A DNA stretch of 64,000 nucleotides from Candidatus Kaiserbacteria bacterium (lineage in GTDB: Bacteria > Patescibacteriota > Minisyncoccia > Phycocordibacterales > UBA2100). The first letter of the stretch is position 1. The number at the start of each line of letters is the position of its first letter. The notes below the pieces were generated by a model. It was not told the origin of the DNA, ran no database searches, and saw only the letters and a list, made by a program, of their open reading frames with translations. The translations under genes and the position numbers were made by a program. This document shows, piece by piece, positions 47,628-56,571 of the stretch. The DNA is taken from contig CP070993.1 of assembly GCA_017134395.1 (NCBI GenBank), positions 526,199 to 590,198 of the forward strand. Direction: 5' to 3'.

Positions 47628-47761
47628 CTTGCATCATAAAAATCTTCATGTATACTCTTTGAGTCTTAAAAGACGGCTACGTCCCCTTGAGAGTGTTCTC
47701 ATGAGGAACCAATGGCACTAAGCGAGCTGCTCAGTGTTATTGAGTAGCATTTTTTATACCC

Positions 47762-48370
47762 ATGAAATTCATTCTTGCAACAAAACAGAAGATGACTCAG
47801 ATATTCGATGAAACAGGAAAGGTATTTCCTGCAACTGTTGTAAGTGCTGGTCCGGTTACCGTTACTCAAGTAAAGAACGCAGACGTAGATGGTTACGAAT
47901 CTGTACAGATCGGTTTTGGTGAAGAAAAAGAAAAGAATTTAAAGAAGGCACAAAAAGGACACTTTGGAGATCTTGGATCTTTCAAAACACTTCGTGAGTT
48001 CCGCGTACCAAATGGTGAAGTACAAAAAGGAGATGTTATTGACGCTACTGCTTTTGAAATAGGCGACAAGGTTACGGTCAGTGCTATCAGTAAAGGTAAG
48101 GGAAACCAAGGTGTGGTAAAGCGCCATAACTTTGCAGGAGGAAACCGAACTCATGGTAACAAGCACTCAGAGCGACGTCCTGGTTCTATTGGTTCTACTG
48201 GTCCTCAGCGCGTGTTGAAGGGTCTAAAAATGATGGGGCGCATGGGTAGCGATCGTGTTACCGTGAAGAACTTGAAGGTTCTACAAATCGACAAAGATAC
48301 CAACACATTGGTAATTTCAGGGGCAATTCCTGGTCGCCCTGGAACATTAATTGAGATTCATCACGCATAG
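47762..48370 (+). CDS. rplC: 50S ribosomal protein L3
   Basis: canonical L3. Confidence 0.95.
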   Translation: MKFILATKQKMTQIFDETGKVFPATVVSAGPVTVTQVKNADVDGYESVQIGFGEEKEKNLKKAQKGHFGDLGSFKTLREFRVPNGEVQKGDVIDATAFEIGDKVTVSAISKGKGNQGVVKRHNFAGGNRTHGNKHSERRPGSIGSTGPQRVLKGLKMMGRMGSDRVTVKNLKVLQIDKDTNTLVISGAIPGRPGTLIEIHHA

Positions 48371-48373
48371 CCT

Positions 48374-49060
48374 ATGAAATCAGATATTTACACACAAGAA
48401 GGAAAGAAGAAGGGCAGTGTTGAATTACCAGCATCAGTATTTGAAGCTGCATGGAAGAGTTCACTTGTACACCAAGTGGTAGTAGGAATGCAGGCAAACG
48501 CACGTACTCCAATTGCTCACACAAAGATTCGTAGTGAAGTAAAAGGTGGTGGAAAGAAACCTTGGAAACAAAAAGGAACTGGACGAGCACGACATGGTTC
48601 AAGCCGAAGTCCTATTTGGAGGGGTGGTGGAGCAACATTTGGTCCACGAAACGATAAGATTTTCGCAAAGAAGATCAACCGAAAGATGCGAACACAGGCA
48701 CTCTACAGCGTGCTTTCTCGAAAAGTTAAGGAAGGACAAGTGCTTTTTGTAGACTCACTTACTTTTGAGGCGCCAAAGGCATCACAAGCACATACGGTGA
48801 TTGCTAACCTTGCAGGTGTATCAGGGTTTGAAACTTTAGCATCAAAGAAGCACAATACAGCACTGATTGTTCTTGCAGAAAAGAACGTAAACATACAAAA
48901 GAGCTTCAGTAACTTTGGTAACATAAAGGTTGGACTTACAGAAAACCTCAACACAGTAGATGCGTTGAAGTACAAGAGTTTGATTATCGTTTCACCAGAG
49001 GAAAGTATTAAAGCACTTGAGGAGCGAGCAGAAATATCTCGTATAAATGAAACAGAATAG
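48374..49060 (+). CDS. rplD: 50S ribosomal protein L4
   Basis: canonical L4. Confidence 0.93.
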   Translation: MKSDIYTQEGKKKGSVELPASVFEAAWKSSLVHQVVVGMQANARTPIAHTKIRSEVKGGGKKPWKQKGTGRARHGSSRSPIWRGGGATFGPRNDKIFAKKINRKMRTQALYSVLSRKVKEGQVLFVDSLTFEAPKASQAHTVIANLAGVSGFETLASKKHNTALIVLAEKNVNIQKSFSNFGNIKVGLTENLNTVDALKYKSLIIVSPEESIKALEERAEISRINETE

Positions 49061-49063
49061 CGT

Positions 49064-49477
49064 ATGGCATCATTATTTGGAAAAAAAGAAGAAGAAAAGA
49101 ATCCGCCAGCTGGCGGAGAGGAAGCTACACCGGTAGTTGAGGCAACCAAAAAAGAAACAAAGGCTGTAACGCACAAGGCTGTTGTTGATGGAAAAGAAGA
49201 CATTGCACGTGTATTGGCTCAACCACGTATGACAGAGAAAGCTACGCTTGGTATCGATAAGGGCGTATACGTATTCAATGTTGCACCTGATACAAACAAG
49301 AAGCAGATTAAGGAAGCCATCAAACTTGTATACAAGGTTGATCCGGTTAAGATTCATGTGACTACAATCCGTCGTAAGAGTGTTCGAAATTCACGCACTG
49401 GAATGAAGGGAGTAAAATCAGGAGGCAAAAAAGCCTACGTGTACCTTAAAAAGGGTGACACAATTTCACTAATGTAA
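49064..49477 (+). CDS. rplW: 50S ribosomal protein L23 (with N-terminal extension)
   Basis: …VLAQPRMTEKATLG…VYVFNVAPDTNKKQIKEAI…. Confidence 0.9.
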   Translation: MASLFGKKEEEKNPPAGGEEATPVVEATKKETKAVTHKAVVDGKEDIARVLAQPRMTEKATLGIDKGVYVFNVAPDTNKKQIKEAIKLVYKVDPVKIHVTTIRRKSVRNSRTGMKGVKSGGKKAYVYLKKGDTISLM

Positions 49478-49479
49478 GT

Positions 49480-50322
49480 ATGAAAAAGCATAAGCCAATA
49501 ACACCAGGTCGTCGCGGGATGACACGAGTTTCATACAAAGCTAAAGTTACGGTAAGTAAGCCTCTAAAGGCACTTACTAAAGGAATGAAGCGTGGAGTAG
49601 GACGAAACTCAGCAGGACGCATTACTACTCGACACAAAGGTGGTGGACACAAGCGCCGATGGCGAGAGATTGACTTCAGGTACGATAAGATTGGAATTCC
49701 AGCTAAAATCGAGACTGTTGAATACGATCCAAACCGAACTGCATACATTGGTCTCGCACTTTACGCAGATGGAGAACGACGTTACGTTGTTATCCCCAAG
49801 TCTGTAGAGGTAGGACACGAGTTCCTTATCGCAGAAGATGCACCGGTAAAGCCTGCAGGACGTCTACCATTAGGAAAGATTCCAATTGGAACATTCATCT
49901 ATAATATTGAAATAAAGCCAAATGGCGGTGCAAAATTGGCACGTTCTGCTGGAAACTATGCAGAAGTTATTGCTCACGACGCAGGATACACTCAAATCAA
50001 GATGCCTTCGTCAGAAGTTCGAAAAATATTGAGTACGGCATGGGCATGCATTGGTGAAGTTTCAAACGATGAACACAAGCTTGTAACTATCGGAAAAGCT
50101 GGGCGTGCACGACACATGGGACGCCGTCCAACAGTTCGTGGTGCTGCCATGAACGCCGTAGATCACCCACATGGTGGTGGTGAAGGTAAAGCAGGACGTG
50201 GACACCGTCGCGCACGAAGTAAGTGGGGTAAGCCTACAGGAAAGGGGCAGAAGACTCGAAAAGCAAAGAAATACTCAAACACACTTATTGTTCGTCGCCG
50301 AAAGGTTGGCAAAAAGCGATAA
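49480..50322 (+). CDS. rplB: 50S ribosomal protein L2
   Basis: canonical L2 (…HPHGGGEGK…). Confidence 0.95.
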   Translation: MKKHKPITPGRRGMTRVSYKAKVTVSKPLKALTKGMKRGVGRNSAGRITTRHKGGGHKRRWREIDFRYDKIGIPAKIETVEYDPNRTAYIGLALYADGERRYVVIPKSVEVGHEFLIAEDAPVKPAGRLPLGKIPIGTFIYNIEIKPNGGAKLARSAGNYAEVIAHDAGYTQIKMPSSEVRKILSTAWACIGEVSNDEHKLVTIGKAGRARHMGRRPTVRGAAMNAVDHPHGGGEGKAGRGHRRARSKWGKPTGKGQKTRKAKKYSNTLIVRRRKVGKKR

Positions 50323-50323
50323 T

Positions 50324-50357
50324 AAAAAAACCGACAGCTCTGCTGTCGGTTTTTTTA
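50324..50357. terminator. intrinsic terminator directly after rplB
   Basis: aaaaaaaccgacagc-tctg-ctgtcggttttttt. Confidence 0.8.
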
Positions 50358-50360
50358 TTC

Positions 50361-50407
50361 AGATAAAGTAAAAGGCCTCACGAATACATTCGCGAGGCCT
50401 TTTTTAG
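50361..50407. repeat. direct repeat unit 1 (contains a terminator hairpin)
   Basis: agataaagtaaaaggcctcacgaatacattcgcgaggccttttttag; ~90% identical to 51069-51116. Confidence 0.8.
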
Positions 50408-50429
50408 CGCTTAGGAACTTTTGAGATAG

Positions 50430-50990
50430 TTACCAATACGCGAACGGATCTTGCCATTCGGGGTATTTCTCATCAAGCCAAGCCAGAGCTTGTTTCCAAC
50501 ACCCACTCTCTTTGTGCTTACCTATATCTTCGTAAGTACCTGGAATTGAACGTATGACCTTTGCGCTTTCGGTATTTTGAATTGCAAAAAGGTCATTGGT
50601 CGGCAAGGTCCGATCTATAATTATTGTCGAACAGGGGACACCTTCATCTCCGCCAAGCATGTTATTGTATGGGCGAAAGCGTGTCAGTAATGTCGTGTGA
50701 TATTCTGGTGAACGATCACCGACATTTACATTAACTTCACCTCGACAACGATGCTGGTCGTCGAAGAGGCCTTTGGTTTCCCACCCTTTTTCCTCATGAG
50801 GTATCGTACCTATTGTCCAGCCATGAGGCAGAGAATGGCAATAAACATGACCGCCTGCTTTTTCGAGAACAAAACCCGCAGCCTGCATTTTTTTGAAATG
50901 TTCGTCAGGAAAACGATACGGTTCTCTTTCAGCTCGCCGTGGGGCAAGTTCGAAATAGACATAGTTAAGATCAATGTACTCATTAGGCAT
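50430..50990 (-). CDS. hypothetical protein (186 aa, His/Cys/Trp-containing, enzyme-like) antisense inside the S10 operon
   Basis: strong SD AGGAGG 6 nt before the ATG; no family recognised. Confidence 0.55.
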   Translation of the reverse strand: MPNEYIDLNYVYFELAPRRAEREPYRFPDEHFKKMQAAGFVLEKAGGHVYCHSLPHGWTIGTIPHEEKGWETKGLFDDQHRCRGEVNVNVGDRSPEYHTTLLTRFRPYNNMLGGDEGVPCSTIIIDRTLPTNDLFAIQNTESAKVIRSIPGTYEDIGKHKESGCWKQALAWLDEKYPEWQDPFAYW

Positions 50991-51068
50991 AGTAACCTCC
51001 TGTGGTTATTTCCTAAAATTAGAGTACAGCTTTTGACTATTTTAAGCAATGCTATTTCGAATTTAAGA

Positions 51069-51116
51069 AGATAAAAAGTAAAAGGCCTCACGAATACATC
51101 CGTGAGGCCTTTTGGA
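51069..51116. repeat. direct repeat unit 2 (contains a terminator hairpin)
   Basis: agataaaaagtaaaaggcctcacgaatacatccgtgaggccttttgg. Confidence 0.8.
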
Positions 51117-51128
51117 GTTTGAAGGTGT

Positions 51129-51344
51129 TTATTTATTTAGAGACTTAAGCTCTGCGCGATACTCATTCAAACGTTCTTGCAGCTCAATTTCTTGTTGCCC
51201 TGCAGCCTCTTCGATAGCTTCTTCAACCCGACCGATTGCGAGTAGAACCGCAAATTTGCAATCGAAAAGATCACGTTCATGGTCGCCTGCTTTTTCGGGT
51301 TCAATGGTGGTACCATCTCTAGAAACAGTGTAGCGAGTTTCCAT
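51129..51344 (-). CDS. small acidic hypothetical protein (71 aa)
   Basis: SD AAAGGAG 7 nt before the ATG; METRYTVSRDGTTIEPEKAGDHERDLFDCKF…; ends just before repeat unit 2. Confidence 0.5.
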   Translation of the reverse strand: METRYTVSRDGTTIEPEKAGDHERDLFDCKFAVLLAIGRVEEAIEEAAGQQEIELQERLNEYRAELKSLNK

Positions 51345-51440
51345 GTACAAGCTCCTTTCTGTACAAGGCACATTCAAGGTACCAAAACTCATAGTATGCT
51401 GCATATATATTTCCGCAAGGGGCGCAGGAGCACAATAAGA

Positions 51441-51469
51441 TTGACTTATCGGCCAATTTCGCATAGTAT
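51441..51469 (+). promoter_or_regulatory. sigma70-like promoter TTGACT-17-TAGTAT upstream of rpsS
   Basis: ttgact tatcggccaatttcgca tagtat; restarts rightward transcription after the antisense cassette. Confidence 0.5.
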
Positions 51470-51553
51470 ATGCGGCACGCCACTGAGGCGGCTTTTTATT
51501 GCAAAGCGAGAGGAGCTCACAAGCCTCTCTGTACAGGCAATATATCCAACAAT

Positions 51554-51883
51554 ATGACACGATCAATAAAAAAAGGACCTTACGTCGACGCTAAGTTGAT
51601 GAAAAAAATTACCGGAAAAACTCCAGAAGATAGTGGGGTAATTAACACGTGGGCACGTGGAAGTGATATCGCACCAGAAATGGTAGGGTTTACATTTGGT
51701 GTACACAACGGACGAAAGCACATTGATGTGCTCGTTACTGACGATATGGTAGGACACAAACTTGGTGAATTTTCACCAACTAAGACGTTCCACCGACATG
51801 GAGGTAAGATGCAGAAGGAGCTTGAGGTAAAGAAGAAAGAAGCTGAAGTAACTGCAGCAAAAGCTGCGAAAGCAGCAGCATAA
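51554..51883 (+). CDS. rpsS: 30S ribosomal protein S19 (with C-terminal K/A-rich extension)
   Basis: [12 protein letters not shown]…[17 protein letters not shown]. Confidence 0.93.
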   Translation: MTRSIKKGPYVDAKLMKKITGKTPEDSGVINTWARGSDIAPEMVGFTFGVHNGRKHIDVLVTDDMVGHKLGEFSPTKTFHRHGGKMQKELEVKKKEAEVTAAKAAKAAA

Positions 51884-51891
51884 TACGTAGT

Positions 51892-52221
51892 ATGAAAGCA
51901 TTTTTGAAAAATTACTCACAATCACCACGCAAGGTACGCCTTGTAGCTGATTTGATACGTGGAAAAGATGCGCAACACGCACGTGCTATTTTGTCATTTA
52001 TGGACAAAAAATCAGCACCTGACCTTAAAAAGCTTCTTGAATCAGCACTTGCAAACGCTGTAGACCAAAAAAAGAATACAGAAGATTTGATAGTAAAAGA
52101 AATATTTGTTGATTCAGCAGGAGGAGCACTACGTCGTTGGCGTCCACGTGCTTTCGGCCGCGCTGCACCATTTCGCCGTCGTTCAAGTAAAATAACCCTT
52201 CAATTAGGGGAAAAAGAATAA
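51892..52221 (+). CDS. rplV: 50S ribosomal protein L22
   Basis: canonical L22. Confidence 0.93.
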   Translation: MKAFLKNYSQSPRKVRLVADLIRGKDAQHARAILSFMDKKSAPDLKKLLESALANAVDQKKNTEDLIVKEIFVDSAGGALRRWRPRAFGRAAPFRRRSSKITLQLGEKE

Positions 52222-52222
52222 T

Positions 52223-52891
52223 ATGACACACACTGTACATCCATATGCCCACCGTTTAGGAATTATTCGCGACTGGAAGTCACGATGGTTTGGAACAAGT
52301 GCGAAACAATACCGCGAGAATCTTCGTGTAGACACATTGGTACGTACATATCTTACAAAGCGACTACGTGGGCTCTATGTAACTGCTCTTGAAATTGAGC
52401 GAGGCGAAAAAGAGCTTCGTCTAAACATCAAAACGTCACGTCCTGGTATGGTTATCGGACGCTCAGGAGAGGGTACACAGAAGCTTCTTGTTGATATTAC
52501 CAAGCAACTACGAAAACTTCGCCTCGGTGATGATATGCCAAAGGTAAAGATTGACGTTGAAGAAGTACGTTCGCCAGAATCTCACGCTGCTATCGTTGCG
52601 TACATGGTTGCTGAAGGGCTCGAAAAACGAATGCCGCATCGTCGTATCTTAAAGCAAACAGTTGAAAAGGTTATGGCTAACCGAGACGTTAAAGGAGTAC
52701 GTATTGCACTTGCCGGACGACTTGGAGGAGCTGAAATGGCACGTCGTGAAGAAATTAAGCGCGGACGAATTCCACTGCAGACATTCCGAGCAGACATCGA
52801 TTACGCAAAAGAAAAGGCCTATCTTCCATACGGTATCGTTGGAATTAAGGTGTGGGTATACCGCGGAGATATTTTCGAAGACACTAAATAG
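52223..52891 (+). CDS. rpsC: 30S ribosomal protein S3
   Basis: canonical S3 (KH domain). Confidence 0.95.
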   Translation: MTHTVHPYAHRLGIIRDWKSRWFGTSAKQYRENLRVDTLVRTYLTKRLRGLYVTALEIERGEKELRLNIKTSRPGMVIGRSGEGTQKLLVDITKQLRKLRLGDDMPKVKIDVEEVRSPESHAAIVAYMVAEGLEKRMPHRRILKQTVEKVMANRDVKGVRIALAGRLGGAEMARREEIKRGRIPLQTFRADIDYAKEKAYLPYGIVGIKVWVYRGDIFEDTK

Positions 52892-52902
52892 ATTGAGCGC
52901 GT

Positions 52903-53322
52903 ATGTTATTTCCTAAAAAAGCAAAATACCGAAAGTGGCAAACTGGCCGCAAAAATGCCAAGAAACTTGCACGTCCTGAAACACGTGGAGTAGAGGTAGC
53001 TTTTGGTGCATACGGCCTTAAGGCAATGGGGCAAGCACGTATTACCTCAAACCAAATCGAGGCATCACGAAAGGTCATTACACGTACTATTGGAAAGCTT
53101 GGAAAGATGTGGATTCGCATCTTCCCAGATCGACCGTTTACTCAAAAAGCGGCTGAAGTAGGTATGGGTAAGGGAAAGGGTGACCCACAAGGGTACGTGA
53201 CTGATGTTCGAGCTGGACGAATTTTGTTTGAAGTTGATGGTGTCTCAGAAGAAGTGGCACGCGTTGCTCTGCGTAAGGCGAGCATGAAGATGCCAATCAA
53301 AACTAAGATTGTGGCCCGATAA
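52903..53322 (+). CDS. rplP: 50S ribosomal protein L16
   Basis: MLFPKKAKYRKWQTGR…. Confidence 0.95.
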   Translation: MLFPKKAKYRKWQTGRKNAKKLARPETRGVEVAFGAYGLKAMGQARITSNQIEASRKVITRTIGKLGKMWIRIFPDRPFTQKAAEVGMGKGKGDPQGYVTDVRAGRILFEVDGVSEEVARVALRKASMKMPIKTKIVAR

Positions 53323-53327
53323 TTTGT

Positions 53328-53519
53328 ATGAAAGATTTAAAGAAAAAAAGTGATAAAGATTTAGAGAAGCTTATACGTGAAAAGCGTGAGGAGTTACGTG
53401 AGTTCCGCTTTAAGAGTGCTGGCTCACGTACACGGAATGTCCGGGAAGGGCGCAATACACGAAAAGAAATTGCACAAATTTTGACTGAACTTACACTTCG
53501 GACTAAAGTAGCAAAATAA
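53328..53519 (+). CDS. rpmC: 50S ribosomal protein L29
   Basis: MKDLKKKSDKDLEKLIREKREELREFRFK. Confidence 0.9.
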   Translation: MKDLKKKSDKDLEKLIREKREELREFRFKSAGSRTRNVREGRNTRKEIAQILTELTLRTKVAK

Positions 53520-53521
53520 TT

Positions 53522-53788
53522 ATGGAAGATACAAACACACAAAAAGCAGGAAAGACATTGCGCGGCACCGTAGTAGGTGTTGAGATGAAAGATACTGCGA
53601 AAGTAGCCGTTGCTCGATACGTAAAGCATCCTAAGTACAAGAAGTTCATCAAGCAGGTGAAGAAGTTCTTGGTGCATGATCCAGAAAATACTGCTTCAGT
53701 GGGGGACAAGGTAGTTATTCGTGAATCACGACCAATATCAAAGCGTAAAAACTTTGTGCTCGAGAGCAACGAAAGCACAACTAAGTAA
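53522..53788 (+). CDS. rpsQ: 30S ribosomal protein S17
   Basis: …LRGTVVGVEMKDTAKVAV…. Confidence 0.93.
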   Translation: MEDTNTQKAGKTLRGTVVGVEMKDTAKVAVARYVKHPKYKKFIKQVKKFLVHDPENTASVGDKVVIRESRPISKRKNFVLESNESTTK

Positions 53789-53793
53789 CATAT

Positions 53794-54165
53794 ATGATTC
53801 AACCGCAAACAATAGTAAAAATCACCGATAACTCAGGAGGTAAAATTGCCCGCGTTTTCAAAGTACTCGGTGGATCAAAACGACGGTACGCACGTATTGG
53901 AGATGAGGTGGTTATTGCTGTACAAAGTGCAGAACCACGAAAGCAGGTAAAGAAGAAAGATGTACTGCGCGCTGTTGTAGTACGACAAGTACAGCCGTTT
54001 CGTCGTCGCGATGGTTCATACATTCGCTTTGACGAAAACGCTGTAGTGATTGTTGAAAAAGGAAAGAAAGAACCAAAGGCAAACCGTGTATTTGGTCCTA
54101 TTCCTCGAGAGATTTCAGAACGTGGTTATCAGAAAATCGTGTCGCTTGCACCTGAAGTAGTATAG
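53794..54165 (+). CDS. rplN: 50S ribosomal protein L14
   Basis: MIQPQTIVKITDNSGGK…. Confidence 0.95.
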   Translation: MIQPQTIVKITDNSGGKIARVFKVLGGSKRRYARIGDEVVIAVQSAEPRKQVKKKDVLRAVVVRQVQPFRRRDGSYIRFDENAVVIVEKGKKEPKANRVFGPIPREISERGYQKIVSLAPEVV

Positions 54166-54168
54166 ATT

Positions 54169-54483
54169 TTGAATATGAAGATTAAAAAAGGAGACAAAGT
54201 AATAGTTATCGCAGGGAAAGACAAAGGAAAGTCTGGGGCGGTACTTCGCGCACTTCCACGAGAAGACAAGGTGATTGTTGAGGGTGTAAACGTTGCTAAG
54301 CGTCACCAAAAAGCACGTCGCGGAGGAGAAAGTGGACAAATTATCGACAAAACACTTCCCGTACACATTTCAAACGTTGCGCTCGCCGACCCTAAGGGTG
54401 GAAAGCCAACTCGAATTGGCATTGAACGCAAAGACGGAAAGCGTGTACGAGTTGCTAAGAAGAGTGGAACAGTAATAAAGTAA
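54169..54483 (+). CDS. rplX: 50S ribosomal protein L24 (start may be the Met at 54175)
   Basis: [19 protein letters not shown]…. Confidence 0.92.
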   Translation: MNMKIKKGDKVIVIAGKDKGKSGAVLRALPREDKVIVEGVNVAKRHQKARRGGESGQIIDKTLPVHISNVALADPKGGKPTRIGIERKDGKRVRVAKKSGTVIK

Positions 54484-54484
54484 T

Positions 54485-55027
54485 ATGGAAACACTAGCTG
54501 AAAAACAAACAAATATGTTCAAAGCGCTTAAAGAGCGTTTTGGATACAAGAGCATTATGCAAACACCAAAGCTCGATAAAATCGTTATCTCTGCAAAGGT
54601 TGGTTCAATGAACGACAAAAACAAGATTGCACTTGTCGTTGATCGTCTTGCAAAAATTACCGGACAGCAGCCAAAAGCAAACCCTGCTAAGAAGTCAATT
54701 GCTACGTTCAAATTACGAGAAGGAACTATTATTGGGTACTCTGTAACGCTGCGAGGACAACGAATGCGTAATTTCCTCGACAAACTCATTCATGTTGCAC
54801 TTCCTCGAACACGTGACTTCCGCGGATTAGAGGTAACTGCAATTGATGAGATGGGCAATTACACTATTGGTATTAAAGAACACACTATTTTCCCAGAAAC
54901 TTCTGATGAAGATCTTCGAGACGTATTTGGACTTGGTGTGACACTTGTCACAACCGCAAAAACAAAAGAAGAAGCAGAAGCATTCTTGCGAGAAATCGGA
55001 CTTCCTCTAAAGAAAACAGCAGAATAA
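54485..55027 (+). CDS. rplE: 50S ribosomal protein L5
   Basis: canonical L5. Confidence 0.95.
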   Translation: METLAEKQTNMFKALKERFGYKSIMQTPKLDKIVISAKVGSMNDKNKIALVVDRLAKITGQQPKANPAKKSIATFKLREGTIIGYSVTLRGQRMRNFLDKLIHVALPRTRDFRGLEVTAIDEMGNYTIGIKEHTIFPETSDEDLRDVFGLGVTLVTTAKTKEEAEAFLREIGLPLKKTAE

Positions 55028-55097
55028 ACTAAAAACCGACTCTTAGGGTCGATTTTTTATATCTACGTAGGTACTTAGCGCTGATTACATACAAGAG

Positions 55098-55137
55098 TCA
55101 TAAACCATCAGAATGCAGGCATTCTGATGGTTTATGA
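55098..55137. repeat. near-perfect 40-bp palindrome in the rplE-rpsZ gap
   Basis: gtcataaaccatcagaatgc-ag-gcattctgatggtttatgag (17-bp perfect arms). Confidence 0.7.
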
Positions 55138-55190
55138 GACACTGTCGTGCTTAATCATTAAGGCGTGTATTTCCACTCTCGTTACCTTTA

Positions 55191-55219
55191 TTGACTTTGT
55201 ATACCACCTCAGGTAATAT
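55191..55219 (+). promoter_or_regulatory. sigma70-like promoter TTGACT-17-TAATAT inside the spc cluster, ~220 nt upstream of rpsZ
   Basis: ttgact ttgtataccacctcagg taatat; the leader has several small hairpins (tgacctttaatcaaaaggtca, ctacaaagactctttgtag, cgtttaggaacg). Confidence 0.5.
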
Positions 55220-55444
55220 GCTCGCACCTGAAGAAGGTCACAGTTTCATGCGTGCAAGAAGGATTGCACAAAACACAGCTACAAAGACTCTTTGTAGCCA
55301 ACATGAGTGACCTTTAATCAAAAGGTCAATTTTAAATAAGGAACAGAGTTTTACGAAGTAAAACGACAATTCCGAATTTATGCCGCGCACTTCGTGACGT
55401 TTAGGAACGTTAGTGCAGCCGGCTAAAAAGAACATATCAATATT

Positions 55445-55631
55445 TATGGCAAAGAAATCAATGATTGCGCGAGCACAAAAGACACCGAAATTCCTTTCGC
55501 GTGTTGTTCGCCGTTGTTTCAAGTGTGGACGCCCACGAGGCTACATGCGTGCTTTTGACCTGTGTCGTATCTGCTTCCGAGAAGAGGCACTAGAAGGACA
55601 CATCCCCGGAATTAAGAAATCATCATGGTAG
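55445..55631 (+). CDS. rpsZ: 30S ribosomal protein S14 type Z (zinc-binding)
   Basis: [12 protein letters not shown]…[23 protein letters not shown] (C-x-x-C … C-x-x-C), 61 aa. Confidence 0.93.
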
Positions 55632-56020
55632 GCGACCCGATAGGAGACTTCATAGTGCGTTTAAAGAACGCCGGCGCAGTAAAGCACGAAGGTGTGGCAC
55701 TTCCGCATTCTAAGATGAAAATGGCTGTTGCTGAAGTTCTTAAGAATGCTGGATTCATCAAGTCTGTTGAAAAGCAAGGAAAGAAGATTCGAAAGACTAT
55801 TCATGTTGAACTTATGTATAAAGAAGATGGAACACCACGTATTACAGAAGTGAAGCGTGTTTCAAAGCCGGGACGTCGTGTATACAAAGGAGCAGATGAA
55901 ATTTTTCCTGTGCGTTACGGTAAAGGAATGCTCGTGCTCTCAACACCAAAAGGTATTTTGACAGATTCACAGGCACGAAAGGAGCGAGTTGGAGGAGAGG
56001 CGTTATTTGAAATTTGGTAA
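55625..56020 (+). CDS. rpsH: 30S ribosomal protein S8
   Basis: canonical S8. Confidence 0.95.
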   Translation: MVGDPIGDFIVRLKNAGAVKHEGVALPHSKMKMAVAEVLKNAGFIKSVEKQGKKIRKTIHVELMYKEDGTPRITEVKRVSKPGRRVYKGADEIFPVRYGKGMLVLSTPKGILTDSQARKERVGGEALFEIW

Positions 56021-56021
56021 T

Positions 56022-56558
56022 ATGAGTCGAATTGGTAAACAAGCTATTGTTATTCCTGCGGGAGTCGAAGTATCTATCACAGATAATGTTATTTCAGTGA
56101 AGGGTAAAGGAGGAGAACTGCAAAAAAATCTTCACGATGACGTTTCTATTGTGGTAGATGGAGAGGCAGTTGTGGTGACTCCCAAGAACGAGACACGAGC
56201 TGCTCAAGCTCTCTGGGGAACATTCTCTTCTCATATGCGAAACATGATTGACGGTGTGAACACACCTTTTGAAAAAAAGCTCCTCGTAGAAGGAGTTGGT
56301 TTCAAGGTAGATTTGAGCGGTTCAAAACTTGTACTGAACGTTGGATTCTCGCATCCAATAGAAATGATAGTTCCTGATGGGTTAGACGTGTCTGTTGAAA
56401 AGAACGAAATAACTATCAAAGGAGCAAACAAAGAAACTGTTGGTCAGTTCGCTGCTAACGTGCGAGCAAACAAAAAGCCAGAACCGTACAAAGGGAAAGG
56501 TATTCGTTACCATGATGAAGTGGTTCGTCGAAAGGAAGGTAAGCGCGCAACCGCATAG
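56022..56558 (+). CDS. rplF: 50S ribosomal protein L6
   Basis: MSRIGKQAIVIPAGVEVS…. Confidence 0.95.
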   Translation: MSRIGKQAIVIPAGVEVSITDNVISVKGKGGELQKNLHDDVSIVVDGEAVVVTPKNETRAAQALWGTFSSHMRNMIDGVNTPFEKKLLVEGVGFKVDLSGSKLVLNVGFSHPIEMIVPDGLDVSVEKNEITIKGANKETVGQFAANVRANKKPEPYKGKGIRYHDEVVRRKEGKRATA

Positions 56559-56571
56559 AGCATAATTACGT

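Noticed and set aside
55238-55522. 94-aa minus-strand ORF in the rplE-S14 gap
   Set aside because: It overlaps the S14 start codon and the internal promoter/leader, and has no SD; more likely a non-coding leader region.
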